Positions 54,967 through 64,000 of a stretch of 64,000 nt of DNA are shown in pieces (positions within the stretch are counted from its first letter, which is position 1; each line of letters opens with the position of its first letter). The notes below the pieces were generated by a model, which had not been told where the DNA came from, did no database searches, and saw nothing but the letters and a program-made list of their open reading frames with translations. Position numbers and translations under genes: made by a program. Origin of the DNA: Patescibacteria group bacterium (GTDB lineage: Bacteria; Patescibacteriota; Minisyncoccia; Phycocordibacterales; UBA2100); NCBI GenBank assembly GCA_038064535.1, contig JBBTSX010000009.1, forward strand, positions 1,603-65,602, given 5' to 3'.

Positions 54967-56742
54967 CTAGATAGACGGCAGTGCATAGAGAATAATGCTT
55001 CCTTTTTTGCTGATTTGTTCAAGCGGCGCGAGCGGCGACAGGTCCCACTCGGGGTAGTAGTCGGTATCCCACAGTACGTACCGGACGCCGCTTGCTATCA
55101 GTTTCGCCCGTAGCGCTCCCTTTGGCGCGATGGTCTCACGGTATTCTTTGCCAAGCAGCGGGAGAAGTGCGGTGCGTTGCTGGAGCAGCGCCAGGTCGTC
55201 GGTGCGCACTTTTGCTCTGTACGTTGCATAATCAAAGCCGGATGAGAATCCTTCGATATCCTGATAGAGCCGGAGGTACGGAGAATCTGCCTTCGTTTCG
55301 GTCAATGTGCCGAGATATTGTACCGGATCAACCCTGCTGTCCTTGTTGAGCGCCAAGTAGACAAGTAGCATCTCCCGCATTTTCTCCAGCGGTACGTGGA
55401 ATACAAGCGCCGAAGGTGTGAAGTACAAATCGTCGGATGTGTACGACGTGACGAGAAGAGGATGCGGTTCGATGCCGTGTCCGGCGAGGACCACCCCGTA
55501 CGGGAGGGTATTGAGTGCGTGCAATGCTTCCGCGTACGACTGGTCGTGCAATTTTTCCGGCACGGTCGTGAAGAACGACATGTATTGCCCGCCGATGCTG
55601 TTGACGCTTGCCACAAGGATAAGCAGGCCCGCGAACCACACACGCATCTTTTTTGGCATGAGCGCGGAGACCATGTAGATGCCGACCACGATGGCAAGAG
55701 GGACGATAAAGTACCAATAGTAGTGGCCGTATTCTATGGAGCGGCCGGTGAGCATTTGCTGTTCGAGCGCTACCCACCCCGCAAGTATGACGGCAAGAAT
55801 AAACGGATTATTGGTGTCTTCCGGTCTGCGCCACGCATACAGACAAAAGAGGGCAAGCGTTGCAAGCCCCAGTGCGCTCATTACGAATTCATGAGAACGT
55901 TCCGCGTGAAGGAAATATGCGATTTGCGCGCCGTCGCCGGAGGCGAAGAAGTGGTAAAAGGAGAGCAAAAACGGGATAGCGATGGCCGCGGCGACGGCGC
56001 CGATGCCGGCGACGGTCGCAAGTGCCCTCCAGTTTTTTGTGGTAAGCGAGATGAGGAAAAGCGAGCCGAGCACGGCCGCCGCGAATGTCCATGCGTAGAA
56101 ATAGTCGTAAAAGAGAAACCCGAAACACGCTCCGGCGCCGAGTGCGGTCAGATAGCCCCGTTTTTCCACCACGGCTTTGTACAGCAGAATGAGATACGCA
56201 AAGAACGGGACCGACGCGGCATACGGGAAGATTGAACGGCCGTACACATTGAAACTGTCGTAGAAGAGAGTTTTGTAGAAGATGAGAGTGTGACCGCCGA
56301 TGACAAACAATGCGATTGTAAATGCGAGGAGCCGGTTCTTAGACAGAGAAAACGCAAGTGCGTACAGCAGAAGCGTCAGCACAAACACCCCCAGAGCGTT
56401 CGCCACGTTGTACCAGGTAACCACATCCACTTTGTCGCGGATACCGAGAGCGATTGCGGGTAACAGAACAACGTTCTCTATTTTGTAAAACGTCGGGTCG
56501 GTAAATTCTTTCCCTTCGGAAAGGAACGGCTGACCCAAGCGGTGCCCCTCCAAGACATCTTTTGCGCGCGTGAGGTAGTAATCCTCATCCGTGCCGTAGT
56601 GGTTGATATTGATACCGCGGTATTCGTCTCCCGCGTAGAAAGGGAACGCGGCGAGCGGAGCGATAATGAAGAGTGTGCTCAAGAGGGCGGCGAGCATGCC
56701 CGCCCAATGGAAACGCATAAGTGAGAGTGTCCGCGGAATCAT
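54967..56742 (-). CDS. Polytopic membrane protein, GT-C-like
   Basis: Many TM helices; TDEDYY acidic motif in the first loop; ATG overlaps the flippase stop. Confidence 0.7.
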   Translation of the reverse strand: MIPRTLSLMRFHWAGMLAALLSTLFIIAPLAAFPFYAGDEYRGININHYGTDEDYYLTRAKDVLEGHRLGQPFLSEGKEFTDPTFYKIENVVLLPAIALGIRDKVDVVTWYNVANALGVFVLTLLLYALAFSLSKNRLLAFTIALFVIGGHTLIFYKTLFYDSFNVYGRSIFPYAASVPFFAYLILLYKAVVEKRGYLTALGAGACFGFLFYDYFYAWTFAAAVLGSLFLISLTTKNWRALATVAGIGAVAAAIAIPFLLSFYHFFASGDGAQIAYFLHAERSHEFVMSALGLATLALFCLYAWRRPEDTNNPFILAVILAGWVALEQQMLTGRSIEYGHYYWYFIVPLAIVVGIYMVSALMPKKMRVWFAGLLILVASVNSIGGQYMSFFTTVPEKLHDQSYAEALHALNTLPYGVVLAGHGIEPHPLLVTSYTSDDLYFTPSALVFHVPLEKMREMLLVYLALNKDSRVDPVQYLGTLTETKADSPYLRLYQDIEGFSSGFDYATYRAKVRTDDLALLQQRTALLPLLGKEYRETIAPKGALRAKLIASGVRYVLWDTDYYPEWDLSPLAPLEQISKKGSIILYALPSI

Positions 56743-58040
56743 GGTGTCAAGTTTCCAACTCCGGGCTCCGCTGACACTTTCCGGTAGAGGACATAGGAGA
56801 GTCCGCCGATGATAAAGCGACTCGCGACGCGCGCGACGATAATACCCCACAGGCCCCACCAGATGACGCCGACGGCAAGCAGGAGTATCTGCGTCAGCCA
56901 TCCGACGACGCTGCTGATGTATTGTTCGCGGATTTTTTTCTTGGCAACGAGATACGAACCCGCCGGGCCGAATGCGAGTCCGAGGAGTGAAAGCGCATAT
57001 AGTTGTGAATACGGCACCGCTTCAATATAGGCGGGGAAGAGAATGAGGTACAAGAACGGAGCTATGAGTATGTATGCCGCCACGACAAGCGCGATAGAGA
57101 GAAAGAGCCATAAAAATTTATTCGACATACTCTGCCGTATGTGCAGGTCTTGATGATTCGCAAACCGGGCCTGCGTCATTGTGTCGAGATTTTTCAGCGG
57201 CCCTTTGACCTGGTCGAGGATTGACGTGGAAAAGACATAAATTGCGACTTCCGCCGCGCCGACATAATGGAACAAGAGCACCTGGTCGATACTGGTCGCG
57301 ATGCCTCCAAGTATCCCGATAGCGCTTAAGTGTTTCGCATAGGAGAGCATGCCGGCGTCTTTCTTTGCCGGGTCGGGACGGTATACGGCGAGAGTACGTA
57401 TATAAAAGTAGAGACTCGCGGCGGTGTTCGTGACGCAATAGATGAGTATGAGCCACAGAGGGTCTTGCGTTACAAAGATAGTGGCGACGAGTACAAGTAT
57501 CGGAAGGCCGTTCCCGATGCTCCCGAAGTAGAAGGATTGGCGGAAGAAGTCCTTCTTGCCCGCCAGAAATGAGCTTGCAAGATTCGCGCTGGAAAGGAAC
57601 GGCGAGAGGCTTCCCGCGATAAGCATCCCGATGGCAAGTGTCGTGTTGTCGTGGGCGAAATACCAGACCGAGGCCGCGAGCGCTCCCGCAAACACGAGGG
57701 CTCCCCAGCGCAGGTTTATCCAGAACCCCTCGTGTAGCGCCCCGTCATATCCGCGTGCAGTTGATTGGAAGACAGCAGCCCCCACATTATTCAGTGAAAA
57801 AGTGGACAGAAAGGCGACGGCAGAAAAGATGTATTTGTAGGTACCGTATGTCTCTTTGGGGAGATAGCGGCTGACAACGTACGCAAGTGCGAGCGAAATA
57901 AGCATGCTCACGAGTTGAGCCAGTATGGACCAAAAGCTCCCCGAGATGAGATATCGCGTGTCGATTTTGAAGTATCTTGCGCTCCAGTCGAGAAGTCTGG
58001 AGAGCCGTCCTGGCAGAGGTACCGTTGGCATTCCGCCCAT
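56739..58040 (-). CDS. Oligosaccharide flippase (Wzx family)
   Basis: ~12 TM helices; SRYLPKETYGTY; IDQVLLFHYVGAAEVAIY. Confidence 0.88.
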   Translation of the reverse strand: MGGMPTVPLPGRLSRLLDWSARYFKIDTRYLISGSFWSILAQLVSMLISLALAYVVSRYLPKETYGTYKYIFSAVAFLSTFSLNNVGAAVFQSTARGYDGALHEGFWINLRWGALVFAGALAASVWYFAHDNTTLAIGMLIAGSLSPFLSSANLASSFLAGKKDFFRQSFYFGSIGNGLPILVLVATIFVTQDPLWLILIYCVTNTAASLYFYIRTLAVYRPDPAKKDAGMLSYAKHLSAIGILGGIATSIDQVLLFHYVGAAEVAIYVFSTSILDQVKGPLKNLDTMTQARFANHQDLHIRQSMSNKFLWLFLSIALVVAAYILIAPFLYLILFPAYIEAVPYSQLYALSLLGLAFGPAGSYLVAKKKIREQYISSVVGWLTQILLLAVGVIWWGLWGIIVARVASRFIIGGLSYVLYRKVSAEPGVGNLTP

Positions 58041-58089
58041 AGTAGCGAATCAAGGCACCGATGGCCAGCTAAGGTAACGCTCTACGGCG

Positions 58090-58566
58090 TTACCGGTAAT
58101 CAATACCACCGGGTTCGCGAATGGGCGCACCGGACGGAGGAGTCGGTTTCTCCTCTGCAAACACGAGATGCTGGTATCCGACGTAACTGATGAGAGCAAC
58201 GACAATTCCCGCAAGCACTTGCGCAACGAGGTACCAGACAGTAAACCACTCGACAAAAACATACATAAGAAGCGTATTCACCATCAGGCTGAAAAGTATG
58301 ACCGCGCTGTATTTCGCGAACTGGAAATGCAAGCCGCTCATCCGGCGGTCACTAAATGTCCAGAATTTCTGTAAGGTAAAACTGGTCGCCGTAGAGAGAA
58401 TGAATGCCAAGACCGAAGCGGGGAGGTAGTGGACGTTTCCGAAGCGGACAAGTACAAAAAGAATACCGAGGTTGCAGGCCATTGCCGTTACTCCCGAAAT
58501 AACAAAACGGGCGATTTTCAACATCTGCGGAGAAAGAAGCTCCCCGATTATTCCTATTCCGCGCAT
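58090..58566 (-). CDS. GtrA family protein
   Basis: RFVISG, SFTLQKFWTF, four TM helices; start 6 nt after TACAAT. Confidence 0.88.
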   Translation of the reverse strand: MRGIGIIGELLSPQMLKIARFVISGVTAMACNLGILFVLVRFGNVHYLPASVLAFILSTATSFTLQKFWTFSDRRMSGLHFQFAKYSAVILFSLMVNTLLMYVFVEWFTVWYLVAQVLAGIVVALISYVGYQHLVFAEEKPTPPSGAPIREPGGIDYR

Positions 58567-58592
58567 ACCGCCATTGTAGCAGGCACCAAGGT

Positions 58593-58622
58593 TCAAACCC
58601 CGGGGCTTGCCCCGGGGTTTGA
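58593..58622. repeat. Perfect hairpin resembling IS200/IS605-type subterminal palindromes
   Basis: TCAAACCCCGGGG-CTTG-CCCCGGGGTTTGA. Confidence 0.6.
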
Positions 58623-58642
58623 TACACTTCATACTTGATTGC

Positions 58643-60112
58643 ATGAAGCGCAGTGTTGCCGACTTTATAAAAAATGAGTGGATTTTTATAGTGCTACTGA
58701 TACTGGTGGGAGGCTTTTCGCTGTATGACCTCACCGAGGCGCCCCGCACGTGGTACGACGAGGGAATGATTATGCAATTGGCGCAAAATTTGGCTACGTA
58801 CGGAACGATGGGAACGCAAATCGCACCGGGTGAATTTGTATCTGCGGCGTACACGTCGACCGGATATCCGCTCGTCGCTCCGATTGCAGGTGCGTTCGCG
58901 CTTTTCGGGGAATCGCTCGCGGTAGCGCGTCTCGTCATGGTGGCTTTTATTCTGCTCCTGTTTTCCGCCTCGTATGTTTTTGTGCGGCGATTGGCGGGCA
59001 GAACGTACGCTCTTGCCGCCGCCGCTCTGTTGGCGACCTTTTCGACGCTCTACGGCGACGGAAAGAATGTACTGGGAGAGGTCCCGGGTCTTTTTTTCTT
59101 TGTTATGTTCGCAATCTATGCGCACCGGATATTCGACGAGGGAGTGATTACAAAAAAGAATGCCGTCCTGGCGGGACTGTTTTTGGGGTTGTGTGCCGCA
59201 ACGAAACCGACATTTCTCGTGCTTGGCGGGGCGGTGTGCGTCGGGCTTATATACGCGTGGATCCGGAAGGGGGCAACAATCCCGCTCCATATCGCGCTCC
59301 TGGCTACGGGTGCGACACTGCTACCCGTACTGCTATGGCTTATCACGCAGTTTAGTCTCAGCGATTCTCCCGCCCGCGTATTGTCATTTTATGCCAACCC
59401 CTACCTCCTGCAGGACTTCTCGCAGGTCATGTCACACAATGCGCTTCGATTCCTTACCGAGCAGACGCCGATGTATTTGCTCGGCATGGTTGCGGTGTGG
59501 GGCGCCGCTGTAGTTGTCCGCCTTGTCAGAAAAGAGCGCATACCGTTCGTGGAAGTGGTGGCCATCTCGTTCACAGGACTCATTCTCATGGCATACCTAC
59601 GTACCCCCGGCTGGTACCGGTATCTCTTTCCGGCGCAGATTGTGTCCATGATTTTCTTTCCGGTTGCCCTCATGCACTATGTGCGATGGTTGTCGGCGTG
59701 GCGATTCGCGCGCGCGGCCCGCATAGGAGCCGTCGTCCTTTGTGCGGCACTGATTGGTCTCCAAACGTACGTACTGCTTTTCTCATCATGGGTCGGCACA
59801 TATTACGGAGCAACCACTACGGCACAAATGGGACAATATTTTCACGGGCTGAATCCGGACAGCATTTTCTTTGTCTATGATATTCCGGAAGTTGTTATCT
59901 TTCTTCCGCGCGGCGCTCCGTACTATCAGTACCTCTCGGTGAACGGCAGCGGGTACTGGGGAATCGGCAAGGAGGAGCTTGCGGTTATCAGCGCAAGAAT
60001 CCCGGACGTGCTCATCATTCCGTCGGAACTGGCGGAAGGCACGACGCCACTGTTTCCCGGGTATGCGAAGAAAACGCAAATCGCAGGCATAAGCGTGCTT
60101 GAGCGGGAATAA
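58643..60112 (+). CDS. ArnT/PMT-like GT-C glycosyltransferase
   Basis: WYDEG motif after TM1, GEVPG, ATKP, RYLFP; many TM helices. Confidence 0.85.
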   Translation: MKRSVADFIKNEWIFIVLLILVGGFSLYDLTEAPRTWYDEGMIMQLAQNLATYGTMGTQIAPGEFVSAAYTSTGYPLVAPIAGAFALFGESLAVARLVMVAFILLLFSASYVFVRRLAGRTYALAAAALLATFSTLYGDGKNVLGEVPGLFFFVMFAIYAHRIFDEGVITKKNAVLAGLFLGLCAATKPTFLVLGGAVCVGLIYAWIRKGATIPLHIALLATGATLLPVLLWLITQFSLSDSPARVLSFYANPYLLQDFSQVMSHNALRFLTEQTPMYLLGMVAVWGAAVVVRLVRKERIPFVEVVAISFTGLILMAYLRTPGWYRYLFPAQIVSMIFFPVALMHYVRWLSAWRFARAARIGAVVLCAALIGLQTYVLLFSSWVGTYYGATTTAQMGQYFHGLNPDSIFFVYDIPEVVIFLPRGAPYYQYLSVNGSGYWGIGKEELAVISARIPDVLIIPSELAEGTTPLFPGYAKKTQIAGISVLERE

Positions 60113-60145
60113 GGGTTCCGTGTTACCCTGTCGGAGAACATACCA

Positions 60146-60877
60146 ATGGAGTCACACAAGACACAAGGCGCACTGCGTTCGGTGGTGGTCCCCGCTCACA
60201 ACGAGTCGGAGAACTTGGTGGTACTGATACCGCTTCTTACCGGGGCACTGCGTGCGGCAGGTGGACGATTCGAGCTCATTATTGTCAACAATGCGTCGAA
60301 CGACACAACGGCGCAAAAAGTGCCGGAATTTCAAAGGACCATTCCCGAGCTTCGTATGGTCGACGAGCCGGTGCTGGGGTACGGGCGGGCGGTGCTCGCG
60401 GGCCTACGGTCTGCGCGCGGCGATAGTATCGGCATCATGCGGGCGGATAATCAGGAGAAGCCGGAGGATTTGTGCCGCATGTTCGCGGACCTTACGGAGC
60501 GTAACCTGTCTTTCTACAAGGCGGTCCGCAAACACCGCATGGGCGACGGCCTCCTGCGGGTAGTGACCAGTCTTTTCTACAACACTCTCTTCAGGATTCT
60601 GTTCCGGTTGCGTTCACGGGATTTGAATGCGACGCCGAAAGTTTTTACCCGCGAGTTTATGGATGCCGCGCATCTCGTCTCGACCGATTGGTTTATTGAT
60701 GCGGAGATGGTAATCAAAGCGGAGCACATGGGGTACCGTGTCGGCGAGACGGAGATAGAGTACCTTCCGCGCCTCAAAGGGAAGTCGACCGTGCGCGTGC
60801 GGCACGTCTTTGAATTCCTTCGCAATATGATATCGTGGTTCTTTCGAATAAGAAATGGAAAACTTCTGGAACAATAA
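60146..60877 (+). CDS. Polyprenyl-phosphate glycosyltransferase (GT2, GtrB/DPM-like)
   Basis: VVPAHNE, NNASNDTT, GYGRAV, ADNQ, IEYLPR. Confidence 0.88.
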   Translation: MESHKTQGALRSVVVPAHNESENLVVLIPLLTGALRAAGGRFELIIVNNASNDTTAQKVPEFQRTIPELRMVDEPVLGYGRAVLAGLRSARGDSIGIMRADNQEKPEDLCRMFADLTERNLSFYKAVRKHRMGDGLLRVVTSLFYNTLFRILFRLRSRDLNATPKVFTREFMDAAHLVSTDWFIDAEMVIKAEHMGYRVGETEIEYLPRLKGKSTVRVRHVFEFLRNMISWFFRIRNGKLLEQ

Positions 60878-61859
60878 GAAGGTTTTTATCACGGGGGCGA
60901 ACGGTTTTCTGGGAAGCCATCTGGTCCGGGAGCTGGTACAGCACGGCGCCCGCCCGGTTGTTTTGGTGTACGAGGAAAATCCGGGGGGGATTTTTGAAAC
61001 GGAAGGTCTCGCCGCTCAGACGACCGTCGTACGCGGTGACGTCCGCGACCTTAAGCAGATGAACGAGATTGTGAACTCTCACGGTATAGATACCATATAT
61101 CACCTCGCGGCTCAGGCCCTCATCGACCAGGCAATTGACGACCCTATTGCGACATTTGAGGCGAATATTCAGGGTACATGGAATATTCTGGAAGCCGCGA
61201 AAAAGAGTCCGCAGGTCAAGAGGATAATCGTCGCGTCGTCCGACAAAGCCTATGGAATGCACGAAAACCTCCCGTACCGCGAACACGTGCACCACCTACG
61301 GGCGGGTTACCCGTATGAGGTATCCAAGACGTGTGCCGACCTTATCGCCCAGAGTTTCTACAAGGCATTTCACTTGCCGGTTGTGATAACGCGTTGCGGC
61401 AATCTGTACGGCCCCGGTGACCTGAAGTTGAACCGCCTCGTGCCGCACACAATCTGTCAGCTGTATCACGACCGGCCTCCAATCATCAGGGATACGGGCA
61501 CGTCGGTGCGCGATTATGTCTACATAGGCGATGTGGCGGAAGGGTACCGTCTGCTCGCGGAAAAGATGGATGCCACCTTTTACGGGGAAGCGTTTAATAT
61601 ATCGACAGGCACGCCGCTTTCCGTAGCCGAAGTGATTGCTATGATTTCAACAGAAATGGGAAAGGACATCGAGCCGCAGGTCATCTCGACGCACGGACTG
61701 GAGATACCGCACCAATATGCCTCGTATGATAAAGCAAAAAAGACGTTCGGATGGGAACCCAAGCATTCTTTTGTAGAGGGACTCAAAAAGACTATTCAGT
61801 GGTATGTCGCACACTTCGAGCATGAAAAAACAAAACGGACAATCGCCGTACAGAAATAA
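60855..61859 (+). CDS. CDP-glucose 4,6-dehydratase-like SDR
   Basis: FWNNKKVFITGANGFLG, HLAAQ, ASSDKAYG, PYEVSK, RCGNLYGPGD. Confidence 0.85.
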   Translation: MENFWNNKKVFITGANGFLGSHLVRELVQHGARPVVLVYEENPGGIFETEGLAAQTTVVRGDVRDLKQMNEIVNSHGIDTIYHLAAQALIDQAIDDPIATFEANIQGTWNILEAAKKSPQVKRIIVASSDKAYGMHENLPYREHVHHLRAGYPYEVSKTCADLIAQSFYKAFHLPVVITRCGNLYGPGDLKLNRLVPHTICQLYHDRPPIIRDTGTSVRDYVYIGDVAEGYRLLAEKMDATFYGEAFNISTGTPLSVAEVIAMISTEMGKDIEPQVISTHGLEIPHQYASYDKAKKTFGWEPKHSFVEGLKKTIQWYVAHFEHEKTKRTIAVQK

Positions 61860-62796
61860 GCGCGTGCTCGTCACGGGCGCGGACGGATTCATCGGTTCGC
61901 ATCTTGCGGCCCGTCTCGTGCATGTGGGAGCAAACGTGAGCGCTTCGGTACATTCCGCAAAAGATAATTGGAGGCTCGCGTCCGTCGAGGAACAGATACA
62001 GGTGCATGCGGGTGACCTCAGCGATAAGGATACTGCACGTAGAATACTGAAAACGAGCAAGCCCGAAATCGTTTTCAATGTAGCGGGGTCGGTAAATACC
62101 AAGCGCGACCTCAGTGTCATGGACGACGTTCTTCTCAATACGTATGGTCTTACGCATGCAACGCTTCTTGCCTCGCTCGAGGCCGGCGTGGAAAACTTCG
62201 TGCAGTTCGGGACATACGAAGAGTATGGGGCGGCCAAAGCTCCATTCGCCGAATCCGCGCACGAAGAAGCCGTTTCACCCTATTCTCTCGGTAAGCTCAT
62301 GTCTACCAACGAGGTGCGTGTCGTCGCGCGCCTGAAGGGTATACGCGCAACTATCGTGCGACCCGCTGCTACCTTCGGCCCGATGCAGGGTTTCGGCATG
62401 CTGATCCCCAATCTCATACAATCCGGACTCAGGGGGAGTGATTTCGATATGAACGGGGGAGAACAAATCCGTGATTTTGTGTACATCAATGATCTCGTAG
62501 ACGGAGTTATTCTCGCGGGAGCGGCAGAGGGCGCCGCGGGCGAAATTGTCAATCTCGGCGGCAATCGCGGAATCAGAATCAGAGACGTGGCGGAGATGGT
62601 GAACGAGGCGATGGGGAATCCGATAACAATACATTTTGGAGCCTTACCGTACCGCGACCCCGGCAGTAAGGAATTTTATATGGACTCGACGAAGGCAAAG
62701 AAAATACTCGGTTGGTCGGCGAAAACACCGCTCAAAGACGCTATCAGTGAAACGGTGGCGTGGTACCGGGAGCATCTCAACGAAATGTTGTCGTGA
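61822..62796 (+). CDS. NAD-dependent epimerase/reductase (dideoxyhexose synthase-like SDR)
   Basis: VTGADGFIG, EEYG, PYSLGK, GEQIRDFVY. Confidence 0.85.
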   Translation: MKKQNGQSPYRNKRVLVTGADGFIGSHLAARLVHVGANVSASVHSAKDNWRLASVEEQIQVHAGDLSDKDTARRILKTSKPEIVFNVAGSVNTKRDLSVMDDVLLNTYGLTHATLLASLEAGVENFVQFGTYEEYGAAKAPFAESAHEEAVSPYSLGKLMSTNEVRVVARLKGIRATIVRPAATFGPMQGFGMLIPNLIQSGLRGSDFDMNGGEQIRDFVYINDLVDGVILAGAAEGAAGEIVNLGGNRGIRIRDVAEMVNEAMGNPITIHFGALPYRDPGSKEFYMDSTKAKKILGWSAKTPLKDAISETVAWYREHLNEMLS

Positions 62797-62923
62797 TGGC
62801 GCGGTTCTGGCTTGGTGCCGGCCCGAATCCGCTGGCAATGTTGTTCTGCGTTTTCGTCGCACCCCACGTGGCCAGGCTCAAAGGTATTTTCCTTATAAAC
62901 CAGCTGTGTTAGAGTGTCTCGTG

Positions 62924-64000
62924 ATGAAAAAAAGCAGACAAAAGCCGGAAATACGCGTTTCGTACGCACAGGCGGTGTACGGCAAAGAAGAGATAGACGC
63001 GGTCGTTAAGGTGCTCGGAAACCCGAGTAAAATCTCCCCGGGGGCGGCGGTGACCGAGTTTGAAAATAAAATAGCGAAACTGTTCGGAAAGAAGTACGGC
63101 ATCATGGTCAATTCCGGCTCGTCGGCCAATCTGATTGCGTTTGCGGCTTTGGATTTGCCGCCGGGCTCAGAAGTTATTACGCCGGTCCTCACATTCTCGA
63201 CGACCGTTGCGCCGCTTGTGCAGAGAGGTCTGGTGCCGGTGTTCGTGGATGTGGTGGAAGGAGCGCATATAATAGACATCGACAAGGTGGAGGCCGCGAT
63301 AACGAAAAAGACGCGCGCGCTCATGATTCCGTCGCTTTTCGGCAACATCCCGGACTTTCCACGCCTGAAGAAAATTGCCCGTAAGCACAAGCTCGTTCTT
63401 ATAGAAGATTCCTGCGACACACTGGGTGCACAGTGGAACGGAAAGTCTACGGGAATTCACACTGACATCTCGACGACATCGTTCTATGCGACACATGCCA
63501 TCACGGCGGCCGGCGCGGGAGGTATGGTGTGCTTCAACGACCCCAAGCTCGCAAGGCGCGCACGCGTTATGGCGTCGTGGGGGAGACAGTCGACGCTCTT
63601 CGGCGCGTTCGAGAAATCGGAAGATATCAAACGGCGTTTTGCCGGCAGGATAGACGGAGAAGTGTACGATGCAAAATTCCTTTTTACGGAAGTGGGGTAC
63701 AACATGCAGTCGACCGAGCTCAACGGCGCGTTCGGTCTCGTACAACTCACGCGTCTTTCCGGCTTCACGAAACTCCGTCAGCACCGCTTCAAGCAGATTT
63801 ACGATTTTGTAAAGAAGTACGGGCACCTCTTCATTCTTCCGGTACAGGATAGACGTGCTCACACAAGCTGGATGTCGTTCCCGCTCATCATCCGGTCCGG
63901 TGCGCCTTTCACGCGCGCGGAGATAACGAAGTATCTGGAGGAGAGGAATATCCAGACGAGACCGCTTTTCACCGGCAATATTACGCGTCAGCCTGCGTAT
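62924..64000 (+). CDS. DegT-family RfbH/E1/ColD-like 3-dehydratase (3' end runs off the window)
   Basis: Manual translation: MKKSRQKPEIRVSYAQAVYGKEE...VNSGSSANL...IEDSCDTLG...TTSFYATHAIT, with His at the usual PLP-Lys position. Confidence 0.85.
   Translation, partial: MKKSRQKPEIRVSYAQAVYGKEEIDAVVKVLGNPSKISPGAAVTEFENKIAKLFGKKYGIMVNSGSSANLIAFAALDLPPGSEVITPVLTFSTTVAPLVQRGLVPVFVDVVEGAHIIDIDKVEAAITKKTRALMIPSLFGNIPDFPRLKKIARKHKLVLIEDSCDTLGAQWNGKSTGIHTDISTTSFYATHAITAAGAGGMVCFNDPKLARRARVMASWGRQSTLFGAFEKSEDIKRRFAGRIDGEVYDAKFLFTEVGYNMQSTELNGAFGLVQLTRLSGFTKLRQHRFKQIYDFVKKYGHLFILPVQDRRAHTSWMSFPLIIRSGAPFTRAEITKYLEERNIQTRPLFTGNITRQPAY

Noticed and set aside
1-64000. Alternative genetic code (UGA read as Gly or Trp)
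   Set aside because: Conserved genes such as murD, murC, purN and gmd end at TGA at the expected lengths and have no internal TGA.

Overview
This 64-kb window looks like the chromosome of a Patescibacteria/CPR (Parcubacteria-like) bacterium; that placement is inferred from gene content and style, not from a database search. The left ~25 kb holds a partial serine protease, a binding-protein/histidine-kinase/double-receiver operon, ornithine decarboxylase, tRNA-Ile and tRNA-Leu, murA/murD/murC, purT/purN, a CofE-like ligase, rsmI and a VirD4-like ATPase. The right ~38 kb is a large, mosaic surface-glycan biosynthesis region. The strongest candidate for an undescribed system is a tightly packed six-gene minus-strand operon (10968-18039) behind a compact cobalamin-riboswitch-like RNA (~18181-18280). 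It joins two DUF4430/transcobalamin-like surface proteins to a VirD4-like ATPase, an N-domain-less Clp AAA+ ATPase and a large acidic protein, with no recognisable B12 transporter. Other notable features: two PaaX/Cas2-like genes each bracketed by its own pair of ~40-bp palindromic direct repeats (plus a solo copy of one repeat), a MITE-like family inserted into ATGAA start codons that regenerates a start codon, many in-frame palindromic insertions in genes, a structured antisense trailer behind tRNA-Ile, a candidate leader-peptide attenuator before ornithine decarboxylase, and widespread leaderless-type promoters. All family assignments come from motifs read by eye.
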